The translations under genes and the position numbers were made by a program. The notes beneath the pieces were generated by a model. That model saw only the letters and a list, made by a program, of their open reading frames with translations, had not been told where the DNA came from and searched no databases. A stretch of 35,319 nt of DNA, taken from a virus (taxonomy: Duplodnaviria; Caudoviricetes). The stretch is taken from IMG/VR virus record IMGVR_UViG_3300027808_000081, positions 1 to 35,319 of that record; one strand, 5' to 3'. Shown in pieces: positions 26,493-35,251 of this stretch. Positions within the stretch are counted from its first letter, which is position 1. Each line of letters starts with the position of its first letter.

Positions 26493-28627
26493 ATATTGTA
26501 ATATGAGTTAATGTTTGTTTCTATTTCTGTTCTTGATGGTGTACTGGTTACAAGACATATTACTTCGTTTGTTAATCCATTTGAAGCTATATTAGGTGAA
26601 CTATTCGCTCCTATTCTAATATGTGAGTTTGTAACGTTTAAAGAGGGAACTGACGAAGGACTTAATTGTACCCCATTAGAATAAGCGCTTGTTGTAGATG
26701 GTCCACATATTAATTCATATAGTCTAGTAGTATTTGCTACAAACTGGGGTGTTAGAAAAGTTGTTGAAACTGTTAGACTACCGTTATTATCATACCAAAT
26801 ACCTCCTGCTCTACCAATAAACAGTCTGGCATTGGTATTAAAAATTCCTTGCCCATAAAAATTCATAGTGTTTGTTGATGTAGCAGAACCTACTATATAC
26901 ACGGACTCACTATTATAACTAACACTAGAATCAGCTAAATTCAGTTGCTGTCCTCCTGAGAATCTTACTCCTGATTCTAAAAATCCATCACTGATTATTC
27001 TTGGTTGACTAGATAAGGTCGCTTGTGGTGTGTTTTTTCCATTCCCGCTTTGATCATACCAAATACTAATAAAAATATTTAGATTAGTGTTAACTCCGTC
27101 TGGATTTTCATATCCTGAGACTAAAGCAGCAGCAAAATCGCCTAAATTAAGCGCCGCTGTCTCCGCACCAGACACATAGCGGATGTCATTATTTAAACCT
27201 ATTGCATTATATGAATTAAAGAAAACATCAACTGTTGTAGTTGTTACAGGGGCGGGGGCGCCAGTTGTTCTTCTAACTCTTAAACATTTATAATTATATG
27301 TATCACTTAGTTGTCGTAGGGAATATGCATGGTATGCTTGATACTGGTCAAAGATAAGGTTAAGAAAAGGTACTGCTAATGTAGTAAATTCCACCTGATT
27401 ACCATATCCAGTACTACTTGAATTTGTAGCATACGCTCTTACATAATATTTTGTATTAAGCGTTAATCCTGTCATCTCACTAACGAAATTGTTATTTCCA
27501 CTGCCATTATTAGTTTTAGTAGCTAAGGCTACTGTTGGGAAAGGACTTGTACTCCACACTACTCCCTTTGCTGTTATAGAAAACCCACCGTCATTATCTA
27601 TAACACCTCCGCTTTCTGCAAAATTTGTTGTTATTTGAATGACACTATTTGTAGATAATGTAGGAACAGAGTTAAATGTATAGATGCTTAGAGCATCTGC
27701 GTATATAGCGCCAGCAACACTGTCTATGACATAAGCTCTAACATAATATAAGGTATTAAATGTCAATCCTGTTATATTAACCGTATATGGATTAGTTGCA
27801 CTTCCTATTATCTTTGTTGGTAATATTATAGTAGGGTCTGGAGATGTACTCCATACAACTCCTCTTTCTGTTATATTTCCAGAATAAGTAGTTGGTATAT
27901 TACCACCAGTACCTGAAAACGAAGTTGAAGTTATAAGGGTTGGAAATGTGGTTGTAAAATTTGGTATTACGCCCGATTGTTTTATAAGTCTTATAGATGA
28001 TCCTCTATTACTCCCAGCCGTCTCAGCGCCTAATGAATTTGAAACATTACTTAAAGTGAAATTTTGAACTGATGGAGCATCTTTTGACCACCAATATCCT
28101 ATAGAACCCAAGTTATTAAATCCTGAATTACTATTACCTGGTTTAAATCCACCTGGTAATGCTGTAAAATAACTTGAATTAGTACCTGTATTAGCGGGGC
28201 CCCAGTGAGAAGGACCGCTTTCTTTTAAAGCTATAGCCGCAACGCTTCTTCCAAGGATGTTTCTTAATGTTATCCATTCGCCATAAGTAGCAACCTCCCA
28301 GCCAATAGGCGCTATATTATCTCTTAAAGAGGGATCTGCTAGAGAGGCGGCATCATAAATGCCCATTAGAGCATACCAATTATATAACCTTCCGTATACT
28401 GTTGCGCTTGCTGGATTATCATTATAATAACGCCAAGCACCAGTTGTTAACCCAATCCACCCTGTTTTTACTTGTGGAATAACTCTACCACTCCTATATT
28501 CTGATACGTTTAAATTTTTTTGATCCCATATTCTACCATCAACCATAAGAGGTGTTGGTACTGGGATTGAACTACTAGTGGTATTATCTTGGAAACTTGA
28601 TATGTAGCGTATCGCAGGTGTTATCAT
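26486..28627 (-). CDS. Adhesin-like protein: FISUMP domain + two FN3 repeats + lectin/LamG-like domain
   Basis: 713 aa; W..KNLNV..YR.G, YGRLYNWYA, APIGWEVAT..EW, FTALPGG, GYWWS, SIRLIK (FISUMP); two GVVWST.P.PT...TGL..NT.YYVRAY units (FN3); AYSLRQL and WYDQSGNG (fibre lectin module). Confidence 0.75.
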   Translation of the reverse strand: MITPAIRYISSFQDNTTSSSIPVPTPLMVDGRIWDQKNLNVSEYRSGRVIPQVKTGWIGLTTGAWRYYNDNPASATVYGRLYNWYALMGIYDAASLADPSLRDNIAPIGWEVATYGEWITLRNILGRSVAAIALKESGPSHWGPANTGTNSSYFTALPGGFKPGNSNSGFNNLGSIGYWWSKDAPSVQNFTLSNVSNSLGAETAGSNRGSSIRLIKQSGVIPNFTTTFPTLITSTSFSGTGGNIPTTYSGNITERGVVWSTSPDPTIILPTKIIGSATNPYTVNITGLTFNTLYYVRAYVIDSVAGAIYADALSIYTFNSVPTLSTNSVIQITTNFAESGGVIDNDGGFSITAKGVVWSTSPFPTVALATKTNNGSGNNNFVSEMTGLTLNTKYYVRAYATNSSSTGYGNQVEFTTLAVPFLNLIFDQYQAYHAYSLRQLSDTYNYKCLRVRRTTGAPAPVTTTTVDVFFNSYNAIGLNNDIRYVSGAETAALNLGDFAAALVSGYENPDGVNTNLNIFISIWYDQSGNGKNTPQATLSSQPRIISDGFLESGVRFSGGQQLNLADSSVSYNSESVYIVGSATSTNTMNFYGQGIFNTNARLFIGRAGGIWYDNNGSLTVSTTFLTPQFVANTTRLYELICGPSTTSAYSNGVQLSPSSVPSLNVTNSHIRIGANSSPNIASNGLTNEVICLVTSTPSRTEIETNINSYYNIW

Positions 28628-30339
28628 AATAAATTATTTACTAGTAAATATACTGTAGTTCCATTCTTTGTTAATAGAGCCGTACTGCCAGGACTCCCGT
28701 TTAATACAGCCCCATAAGGGGCTATAGGAGCGGGTACTGATGCGAATGTTATGTTGCCAGTTCCTAACTTAGTGTAACTAGCAATGAAACTACTTGAAGC
28801 GCTAGTAGCCGTAACTGTTATTGGTGTTCCGCCATTCTGAATCATTACATTTCTACCATCTTGAGAATACTCTGCTCCTCCATTTGTACCTAGTGTTTGT
28901 GTATTTATACTTACTGTTGATTCAATTAATATATTATATATTAATGGTTGAATATTTGTCGCTTCTAATTTCTCAAAAACACCACTTGATGTATTCCTTG
29001 TTAAAATATTATAAGATCCAATACTCGTTGTCGGAGCATTTGTTGCAATAATATTAGCGCTTGTTGTAATGTTATTTGAGAATGTCTTTGCCCCTGAAAT
29101 AGTTTGAGTAGTTGCCAATGACACTTTACCGTCTAACGCTGTTTGAATACCGCTTGTTACACCATCTAAATAGCCTATCTCAGTTGAAGATACATTCCCT
29201 ATTGAAGTTGTACTTGGTAACGCGATAGTTCCAGTAAATGTTTTATTGCCAGCAAATGTTTGCGCCCCAGTTGTAACTAATCCTTTCTGTGTTGCGCTTG
29301 CGTCTGGAGTTAGATCAACAACAAGTGAATGTTCCCATAGCGAATCGGCATCATTCCAATATAACACTTCGTTATTTAGTGCAGGAACCTTCTCGACATC
29401 GGCTAAGTCCCTTAAGTAAAGGTTAGGTATTATCGCTGAAGATATAGCTGCTGTACCCCTTACTGGGTCAGAACCTCCAAATAGAAACTCATAAGTAGCT
29501 CCACTACCTGTACCTGATTGAATTCCATAGAATTTTAAGACCACCCTGTCCGTACTTGAGAAGACACCATTATTCCACAATGCTATTGAAACATACTCAA
29601 TATAAACTCCTCCGTTAGCAGGCACGGCAACTGGAGCGCTATCTGCTATTAATGTTTCAACTCCTGCTGAAGTTCTTTTATAAATACTGAAGAAGAAGTC
29701 TGCCCCACTAGCTGTAGCACCACCTGTTCTTCTTATCTTACCAATTACTGAAAAGTTAAACACACCTGGATTACCTAATAAGATACTAGGATCACTAATT
29801 AATGCTCCGCAAAAAGTAGGAGATGCTAAAGTACCAGTAATTGTAGGAGTTGGAACATTAACAGCTGGATCATCATATCTTGAATCAGCTATGTTTCTAA
29901 CAAGCACAGTATATCCACTTATATCAGAAGCGGTTGTTGTTGCGTATAAATCTAATGTCGATGGTAAATCAGCTGAAGTTAAGTACGTGTTATTATCCAC
30001 CGAACCATCAGCCTTTAAGAACTGATAATCAAATCCTCCTGACTTTATAAATGACGCAGCGGTTATTGGTTTTGTGGTAGTAGATCCTTCATCTGTTACG
30101 TCTTGAAGATCTAGAACAACATCCACTGTTTTTATTACTAATTGCACATCTGATATGCCATCTGCCCACCAATACTCAACACCTAAAACATTTACGGTGA
30201 GACCGCGAAATCTTAATGCAGTTGGTATTCCTGTGGTTACGGCTGCTAAAGATACCCATGGGAGTAGTCCATTGAAGTACCTACTGTCAATGGGTAATTG
30301 TTGCCCTATCCTTATATTATCTGATAAATCTATTGCCAT
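28624..30339 (-). CDS. Tail fibre protein
   Basis: 571 aa; LQDVTD.G, QFLKADGS, LRDLADV, ASATQKGLV, QTFAGNKTF, EIGYLDGVTSGIQT fibre motifs. Confidence 0.75.
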   Translation of the reverse strand: MAIDLSDNIRIGQQLPIDSRYFNGLLPWVSLAAVTTGIPTALRFRGLTVNVLGVEYWWADGISDVQLVIKTVDVVLDLQDVTDEGSTTTKPITAASFIKSGGFDYQFLKADGSVDNNTYLTSADLPSTLDLYATTTASDISGYTVLVRNIADSRYDDPAVNVPTPTITGTLASPTFCGALISDPSILLGNPGVFNFSVIGKIRRTGGATASGADFFFSIYKRTSAGVETLIADSAPVAVPANGGVYIEYVSIALWNNGVFSSTDRVVLKFYGIQSGTGSGATYEFLFGGSDPVRGTAAISSAIIPNLYLRDLADVEKVPALNNEVLYWNDADSLWEHSLVVDLTPDASATQKGLVTTGAQTFAGNKTFTGTIALPSTTSIGNVSSTEIGYLDGVTSGIQTALDGKVSLATTQTISGAKTFSNNITTSANIIATNAPTTSIGSYNILTRNTSSGVFEKLEATNIQPLIYNILIESTVSINTQTLGTNGGAEYSQDGRNVMIQNGGTPITVTATSASSSFIASYTKLGTGNITFASVPAPIAPYGAVLNGSPGSTALLTKNGTTVYLLVNNLL

Positions 30340-30341
30340 AA

Positions 30342-31757
30342 TTAAACGTTTCTAAGTTGCATTGGTGGTTGTAGCGGATCTGTTTCAGTAATTAATCCCG
30401 CAGTAACATGTATTTTATATGAAACATTCGACCATAAACTTGTAGGAGAAGCACAAGGCAATGCTGTAAAACTTCCAAATACTCCACCTGGTATGAATCC
30501 TTTGTTCAGGTCTGTCACATACCAAACTGTTTTTGTAGTTGATGTTGCTGGATAAGCGAAGGCCAAATATTCCCCAACTGCATTAAAATCAATTGTAATA
30601 GTTCCTGTTGATGATGAAAGAACTTTAGTTGCTTGACCGTTTGCGATAGCTGTTTGCATACTTACAGCTGTAATAGGAGATGATGATTTATACCAAAAGT
30701 ATGGATATATTCCTTGCACAGTAGTTTGTTGATTTGCAGATGTTCCTGCTGGTAATGGAGAATTAAAGTTTGCTCCAACACTATCTACTGGTTGAATTCC
30801 AGCCGCGTAAGATACTGTTCCATTAAATAGATTTCCACCTTGTGCTAGCGTGGGTGAAACTGACAATACATTTCCAGACTGCGTAACGCTATTAATAGTA
30901 TAACTAGTTGAAGAACCCGCTCTACTTCCTTGAGAGTTTGTTGGTATCCAAACCCCCCCAACTGTTGCTCCTAGTATATTCCCTCGATTAAAGGTAAATG
31001 TTAAATTAAAAGCACTTGAGCTACCAATTTCTCTTGTACCTGCATTGTTGCTTAATGAAAAAGTCGGGGCGGTAAGTGTTGGATAATAAGTTTTCTTTAA
31101 TAGTAATAATGCAAACTGTTCCAAGTTTGTACCAATTGGTATTACCTGTTGATCTGCAATACCTCCTACCTCTAAATCTGCTGTTATAGGAGTAGTTGTT
31201 ACGCTCTCTATAGAAGTTAACGCTATGGTGTTACCATCGTCTAATAAAACATCATTGCCTGTTCCTCCTATTTTTATGAATGAGTTTGCAGTTATTGAAT
31301 TAGTTGTAATTGCTCCTTTTTCTGTAACTTGTTGTAAGTTCTGGTCGCCAGTATTTGTTCCGCTAGTATTGCCTAATACAACAAAATTGGCTGGACTCAG
31401 TAACCCAGCATTAGTAGAATTTGCTAAAGGTATTGTAGCATCTGAACCTGTGCTACTTGTAACTATCCCGTTTAATGCCGATGCGATATAATCTAAGTCA
31501 GTTGCTCCAGAGTACTGCGGTATATTAAGAACTCCGGTAACCTGGTTTAATGTTGATGCCCCGCTATTACCGTCAGTTGTTAAAATAATTGTTTTTTGAA
31601 TTCCGCCATCAACTATAAAGAATTCAACCAAGTCTTCCAATAGAAAATTTCTAGTAACAGTTTTTAATTGACCATTAATAGTCTTCTCCGTTGTACCTAC
31701 CAACTCATCTAATGACTTTATATCATCATTTAATGGATATGAATATATTATAGCCAT
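30342..31757 (-). CDS. Tail fibre protein
   Basis: 471 aa; MAIIYSYP N-terminus shared with the next gene; SGTNTGDQNLQQVT repeat motif. Confidence 0.7.
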   Translation of the reverse strand: MAIIYSYPLNDDIKSLDELVGTTEKTINGQLKTVTRNFLLEDLVEFFIVDGGIQKTIILTTDGNSGASTLNQVTGVLNIPQYSGATDLDYIASALNGIVTSSTGSDATIPLANSTNAGLLSPANFVVLGNTSGTNTGDQNLQQVTEKGAITTNSITANSFIKIGGTGNDVLLDDGNTIALTSIESVTTTPITADLEVGGIADQQVIPIGTNLEQFALLLLKKTYYPTLTAPTFSLSNNAGTREIGSSSAFNLTFTFNRGNILGATVGGVWIPTNSQGSRAGSSTSYTINSVTQSGNVLSVSPTLAQGGNLFNGTVSYAAGIQPVDSVGANFNSPLPAGTSANQQTTVQGIYPYFWYKSSSPITAVSMQTAIANGQATKVLSSSTGTITIDFNAVGEYLAFAYPATSTTKTVWYVTDLNKGFIPGGVFGSFTALPCASPTSLWSNVSYKIHVTAGLITETDPLQPPMQLRNV

Positions 31758-31763
31758 ATTATT

Positions 31764-33407
31764 TTATATTGATTTCAATAATTCAATTTCTGCGCTTAAT
31801 TGTTTTACTGCGTTTATAAGGATAAATGTCAAAGCATGGGAATCAAAATTATATAACTCTGTTTTCTCTTCGTCTTCTTCGTTAAGTTTTGCATGATAAG
31901 TATTAATAGACTCAGGTATTATACTAAGTACATCTTGCGCTATAATACCGATGTTTCCAGTAATTGTTGAATCAAAACCTGCTTTGCCATTGTAATCGTA
32001 AGTAATTGGATTTATTGCTAGAATAGTCTCCAACCCTTTTGTGTATGGATTCACGTTTGTTTTAACCCTTTCATCAGAAGCAATAGTCCACGTGTTTGTA
32101 GATGGTTTTGCTGCTGAGTTTAAAGTTAAAGCTAATTGGTAACCTAATATTGGATTTACTAATCCCATTATATTTACACCCCCATTTTGCACAACAACCC
32201 CAACGCCCAAAGTCCCCCCATTTACAAGAAGTGCTCCACCCTCGCTAGTTGTACTAGCCGCTACGCCCCATCCATCAATTGATGTCGCGTATACTGCATT
32301 ACCATCCAAAGTTGAAGCATATAATCCATTCCCGTCTCCAGAGTTTACCTGTATTGCGTTACTATCTAAAGACGAGGCAGATATTCCAGTTCCAAAATCG
32401 CCCCCATTACAAACAATACCTGTACCATTCTCGCAATTTATAGTTAGTGACTCAGAACTCGCATTGTTGTTAAGTATTATAGGAACATTAGTTACGGTAT
32501 CGCCAGCAGTAATTACTTGTTGTAATGTAGGCATTGTTGGAACTGGAATATCACTTGTTAAAGCTAATGTGCCACTAGCATCAGGTATAGTTATAGATCT
32601 ATTTCCTGTTAAAGTTCCTGGTTGAATGGTGGTGAAAAAACCATTGCCAGTAGAAAGTGCTCTTAATGTAATAGAACCTAATGCAGTGCCATCACCACTA
32701 TTCCCACTATAACTCAAAAGACTTACCCAATTTGATGTATATGATGGTTTAACTTTAACGTTGTCTGTTGTAATATAATAAGTACCTAAATTTACATTTG
32801 CTGCGGCCCCTGTATATGGAACATAGGGTGCCAATGCCGCAGACGTAATATAGGCATTACTATCAATAGAACCATCCGCTTTTAAGAATTGGGTAGGAGA
32901 TCCGCCTGTCTTTATAAATGAATTAGCAGTTATATCAGCTGTAGTTGTTGGACCAGTTGTGGTTACTTGTTGTAAATTAGGAAAAGCATATTCACCACTA
33001 CCTGTAAATGTACTACCATCAGCCATTAAGTATTCGGTTGATAATCCATCTTCTTTTATAAAAGCTATAGCGTTAATATCCCCTGTGAATGTTGCGCCTG
33101 TTAAATCAGCTTTTAAATCTAAAGTAGATCGTGTTGCTGTTGATATTGGTTTTAATAAATCTGTTGTATTATCAACATTTGGCAATCCTACCATCTCTTT
33201 AGTAATACCACCTACAGTACCAGTAAAAGTTGGTGATGCGATATTAGCTTTTAAATCTAACGCAGGTGTTACTAGTTCTACAATCGATCCTATTGTAAAT
33301 GTTCTAGTTCTAGGCGTGTCTTCTCCACCTTGAACAGCTAATTCTGTTCCTATTAAAAGGTCTTGTAGTTCTGGTGTTGTAGTAGGGTAACTATATACTA
33401 TTGCCAT
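31764..33407 (-). CDS. Tail fibre/spike with C-terminal peptidase S74 intramolecular chaperone
   Basis: 547 aa; ASPTFTG, VGLPNVDNTTDLLKPIS, beta-helix-like repeats, SDERVKTNV, GIIAQDV, LINAVKQL. Confidence 0.85.
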   Translation of the reverse strand: MAIVYSYPTTTPELQDLLIGTELAVQGGEDTPRTRTFTIGSIVELVTPALDLKANIASPTFTGTVGGITKEMVGLPNVDNTTDLLKPISTATRSTLDLKADLTGATFTGDINAIAFIKEDGLSTEYLMADGSTFTGSGEYAFPNLQQVTTTGPTTTADITANSFIKTGGSPTQFLKADGSIDSNAYITSAALAPYVPYTGAAANVNLGTYYITTDNVKVKPSYTSNWVSLLSYSGNSGDGTALGSITLRALSTGNGFFTTIQPGTLTGNRSITIPDASGTLALTSDIPVPTMPTLQQVITAGDTVTNVPIILNNNASSESLTINCENGTGIVCNGGDFGTGISASSLDSNAIQVNSGDGNGLYASTLDGNAVYATSIDGWGVAASTTSEGGALLVNGGTLGVGVVVQNGGVNIMGLVNPILGYQLALTLNSAAKPSTNTWTIASDERVKTNVNPYTKGLETILAINPITYDYNGKAGFDSTITGNIGIIAQDVLSIIPESINTYHAKLNEEDEEKTELYNFDSHALTFILINAVKQLSAEIELLKSI

Positions 33408-33424
33408 TTTTTATTTTTTATATA

Positions 33425-33790
33425 TTAACAATTCCACTTGTCTAATGCAAGTTTCTTTCTTGTTGGTTCTCCGTTTGGTTTTTTCATTGGTCCTGGCATG
33501 CCAGACATTCTAGCGCAAAAAGATTTACGTCTCTTCGCGTCTTTGCTACCTGCTTTTAATTCCGATGGTTTTTTAGTAACTGCGGTTTGTAATTTAGATC
33601 CTGGGTTTTCTCTTCTATATGAAGCAACCCCTTTGGCATTTAATCCGCCTTTTGGATCTTTGCCTTCTTTTCTAGTCCATGCTGCAGTTTTATGTAATGG
33701 ACTACATCCACAATCCTTAGCATCTCCAACCCAAAAACCATTATGTCCTTTAACACCTAGACCTTGAGGACCTATACCTTTCGCTTTCAT
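33425..33790 (-). CDS. DUF6321-like basic phage protein
   Basis: 121 aa; AAWTRKEGK.PKGGLNAKG ... RRKSFCARM ... ALDKWNC motif. Confidence 0.7.
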   Translation of the reverse strand: MKAKGIGPQGLGVKGHNGFWVGDAKDCGCSPLHKTAAWTRKEGKDPKGGLNAKGVASYRRENPGSKLQTAVTKKPSELKAGSKDAKRRKSFCARMSGMPGPMKKPNGEPTRKKLALDKWNC

Positions 33791-33791
33791 A

Positions 33792-34067
33792 CTACTTTAT
33801 TTTATAGTTCTTGCCACTTTCTTTCTTGGTACCTTCTCCTTCATTACCACGGTTCTGTTTAACACTTTCCCATCTTCCATCTTCATGATCCCAATCCATA
33901 CCTTTACCTTTAGGATCTTTTCTACGCATTCTTTGTGAGTGTGCCTTTTTAATTCTCCTGTCGTCAGTCTTGGCATAGGCAAGATCTCTCTCTGCTTTAG
34001 CCTTAGCCGCTTTAGGAGATAACTTCTGTTTTTGTAAAGGTGACTGACTTCTTAATTCAAATGCCAT
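33792..34067 (-). CDS. Small basic protein with degenerate HNH-like motif
   Basis: 91 aa; GMDWDH ... SVKQNRG; N-terminal MAFELRSQSPLQKQ. Confidence 0.5.
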   Translation of the reverse strand: MAFELRSQSPLQKQKLSPKAAKAKAERDLAYAKTDDRRIKKAHSQRMRRKDPKGKGMDWDHEDGRWESVKQNRGNEGEGTKKESGKNYKIK

Positions 34068-34094
34068 AGTAATATTATTAACTGCGATATAGAT

Positions 34095-34107
34095 ATACTA
34101 TCACACG
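34095..34107 (-). promoter_or_regulatory. Putative late promoter at the head of the late operon (CGTGTGATAGTAT)
   Basis: Shared motif about 28 nt upstream of the first late gene. Confidence 0.5.
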
Positions 34108-34137
34108 GAATTAGTGATTTTTACTATAATGCCATAC

Positions 34138-34186
34138 TGTGACAATAGCCTATTACTCCTTTATTCTAATACCCTAATGTCATAGT
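34138..34186. repeat. Imperfect inverted-repeat element, copy 2
   Basis: TGTGACAATAGCCTATTACTCCTTTATTCTAATACCCTAATGTCATAGT; aligns to 505-552. Confidence 0.75.
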
Positions 34187-34415
34187 ATTGTATCATATTA
34201 TAGACAAAAACAATCATTATGTCCATAATATAATGCAAAGTATAGTTTACAAAAAGGCATGTTATTGTAAAATATATTTAATGTTATAAAAAAAATGCTA
34301 AAAAAAATTTCTGAAAAAATTTTTAGATGTAGGGATATTTTGTATTGCTACCCTATTTTGAAAAACTTTTTCTAAAACGGAAATCAACTTTCATTTGCCG
34401 GGTTCCCCTTCCGTG

Positions 34416-34436
34416 GGAGAGGGAGAGAGGGAGAGG
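34416..34436 (+). repeat. Perfect 21-nt homopurine mirror repeat
   Basis: GGAGAGGGAGAGAGGGAGAGG reads the same in reverse. Confidence 0.85.
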
Positions 34437-34481
34437 AGACGTTGAGTCGATCGGTCGACGTTTGGGTTTGGCATCGAGCTA

Positions 34482-34626
34482 TTGCTATACACACACGGAG
34501 TTACTATGTTATATTAATATACTAATGCACACGGACTTATACTATTTATAATCAGATAATATATTCGAATTTAAAATATATATAAAATTAATTATATATA
34601 TAAAACCAACGAATTCACCAACCATT
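34482..34626 (+). promoter_or_regulatory. Early promoter/leader cassette, copy 1
   Basis: TTGCTATACACACACGGA (34482-34499) and CACACGGACTTAT...GATAATATATTCG (34528-34567), repeated at 35143-35192. Confidence 0.6.
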
Positions 34627-34857
34627 ATGAATGCAATCACCACAAAAAGATTCGTGATTAGAAAATCATTAATCGGAACTAACACAGTAATTAGTTTCAC
34701 CAACAACAAATCAATCGTGTGTACTTACAACCACGATAAAGTGTATGAACAACTTAAGGATAAGTTCGACAGTATGCCGTGCTTCGCTAAGTATGGTAGC
34801 TACACTAACACTAACGATCTACCGGTATTCGTGAGAACACTTAAGGAGTTAGTATAA
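34627..34857 (+). CDS. Early hypothetical protein, copy 1
   Basis: 76 aa; its first 22 residues are identical to a paralogue starting at 35252. Confidence 0.75.
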   Translation: MNAITTKRFVIRKSLIGTNTVISFTNNKSIVCTYNHDKVYEQLKDKFDSMPCFAKYGSYTNTNDLPVFVRTLKELV

Positions 34858-34862
34858 TGAAC

Positions 34863-34890
34863 AGACCTAAGCAAGTCTATAAACTGCTTA
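34863..34890 (+). other. Compact H-type RNA pseudoknot candidate
   Basis: AGAC/GUCU stem 1; UAAGCA/UGCUUA stem 2; 1-nt L1; 6-nt AUAAAC loop. Confidence 0.5.
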
Positions 34891-34922
34891 CTTTATTAAT
34901 ATTAATCATTAAACATGTGAGT

Positions 34923-35021
34923 ATGAAATATGTATTGAAGTTCTTTAGTCTTGTCAAATATCAATTGATGTTGGCAGCGTGGATCGGAGTATACTTTGTG
35001 ATACGATTTATCATAGGGTAA
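34923..35021 (+). CDS. Small hydrophobic peptide, 32 aa (not in ORF track)
   Basis: MKYVLKFFSLVKYQLMLAAWIGVYFVIRFIIG*; followed immediately by a terminator. Confidence 0.5.
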   Translation: MKYVLKFFSLVKYQLMLAAWIGVYFVIRFIIG

Positions 35022-35027
35022 TTAATT

Positions 35028-35055
35028 AAGGGATGTCGAAAGGCATCCTTTATTT
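35028..35055 (+). terminator. Intrinsic terminator
   Basis: GGGAUGUC-GAAA-GGCAUCCU stem with a GNRA loop and a UUAUUU tail. Confidence 0.75.
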
Positions 35056-35142
35056 GGCCTGACTTTGAAATAGAGTCGGAAGAGTAGACTCCGTCCTACG
35101 TCACAGTTAAAAACTACTACGTTTTTATTTTATTATAGTTGC

Positions 35143-35251
35143 TTGCTATACACACACGGACTTATCTATTTTATATCAAGATAATATCTTTGATTAAAAA
35201 TTATATATAAAACTAATTATATATATTAAAACCATTTAATCACCACATACC
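35143..35251 (+). promoter_or_regulatory. Early promoter/leader cassette, copy 2, with Bacteroidota -7 box
   Basis: TTGCTATACACACACGGACTTAT...GATAATATCTTTG; TATCTTTG at 35185-35192 fits TAnnTTTG. Confidence 0.6.

Noticed and set aside
27960-28100. DGR variable region at the end of the FISUMP domain
   Set aside because: No reverse transcriptase and no adenine-variant template repeat seen in the window.
212-33767. Plus-strand ORFs in the track within the late region (e.g. 212-454, 12577-12846, 20724-21002, 22421-22753, 32959-33333, 33438-33767)
   Set aside because: All are antisense shadows of longer, well-supported minus-strand genes. The CYWSR repeats in 20724-21002 simply mirror the APVAA repeat.
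33797-33982. Alternative-frame 61-aa ORF (likewise 1075-1284)
   Set aside because: Nested out of frame within better-supported genes.
1-34067. Stop-codon reassignment as in some crAss-like phages
   Set aside because: Genes are long and tightly packed under the standard code, and TAG serves as a true stop (MCP).
34345-34551. 68-aa plus-strand ORF
   Set aside because: TTG start; its ERERGRG stretch derives from the purine repeat; it overlaps promoter repeats. More plausibly non-coding.
34070-35250. tRNA genes or integrase/att site
   Set aside because: No cloverleaf or T-loop consensus recognised and no recombinase in the window.
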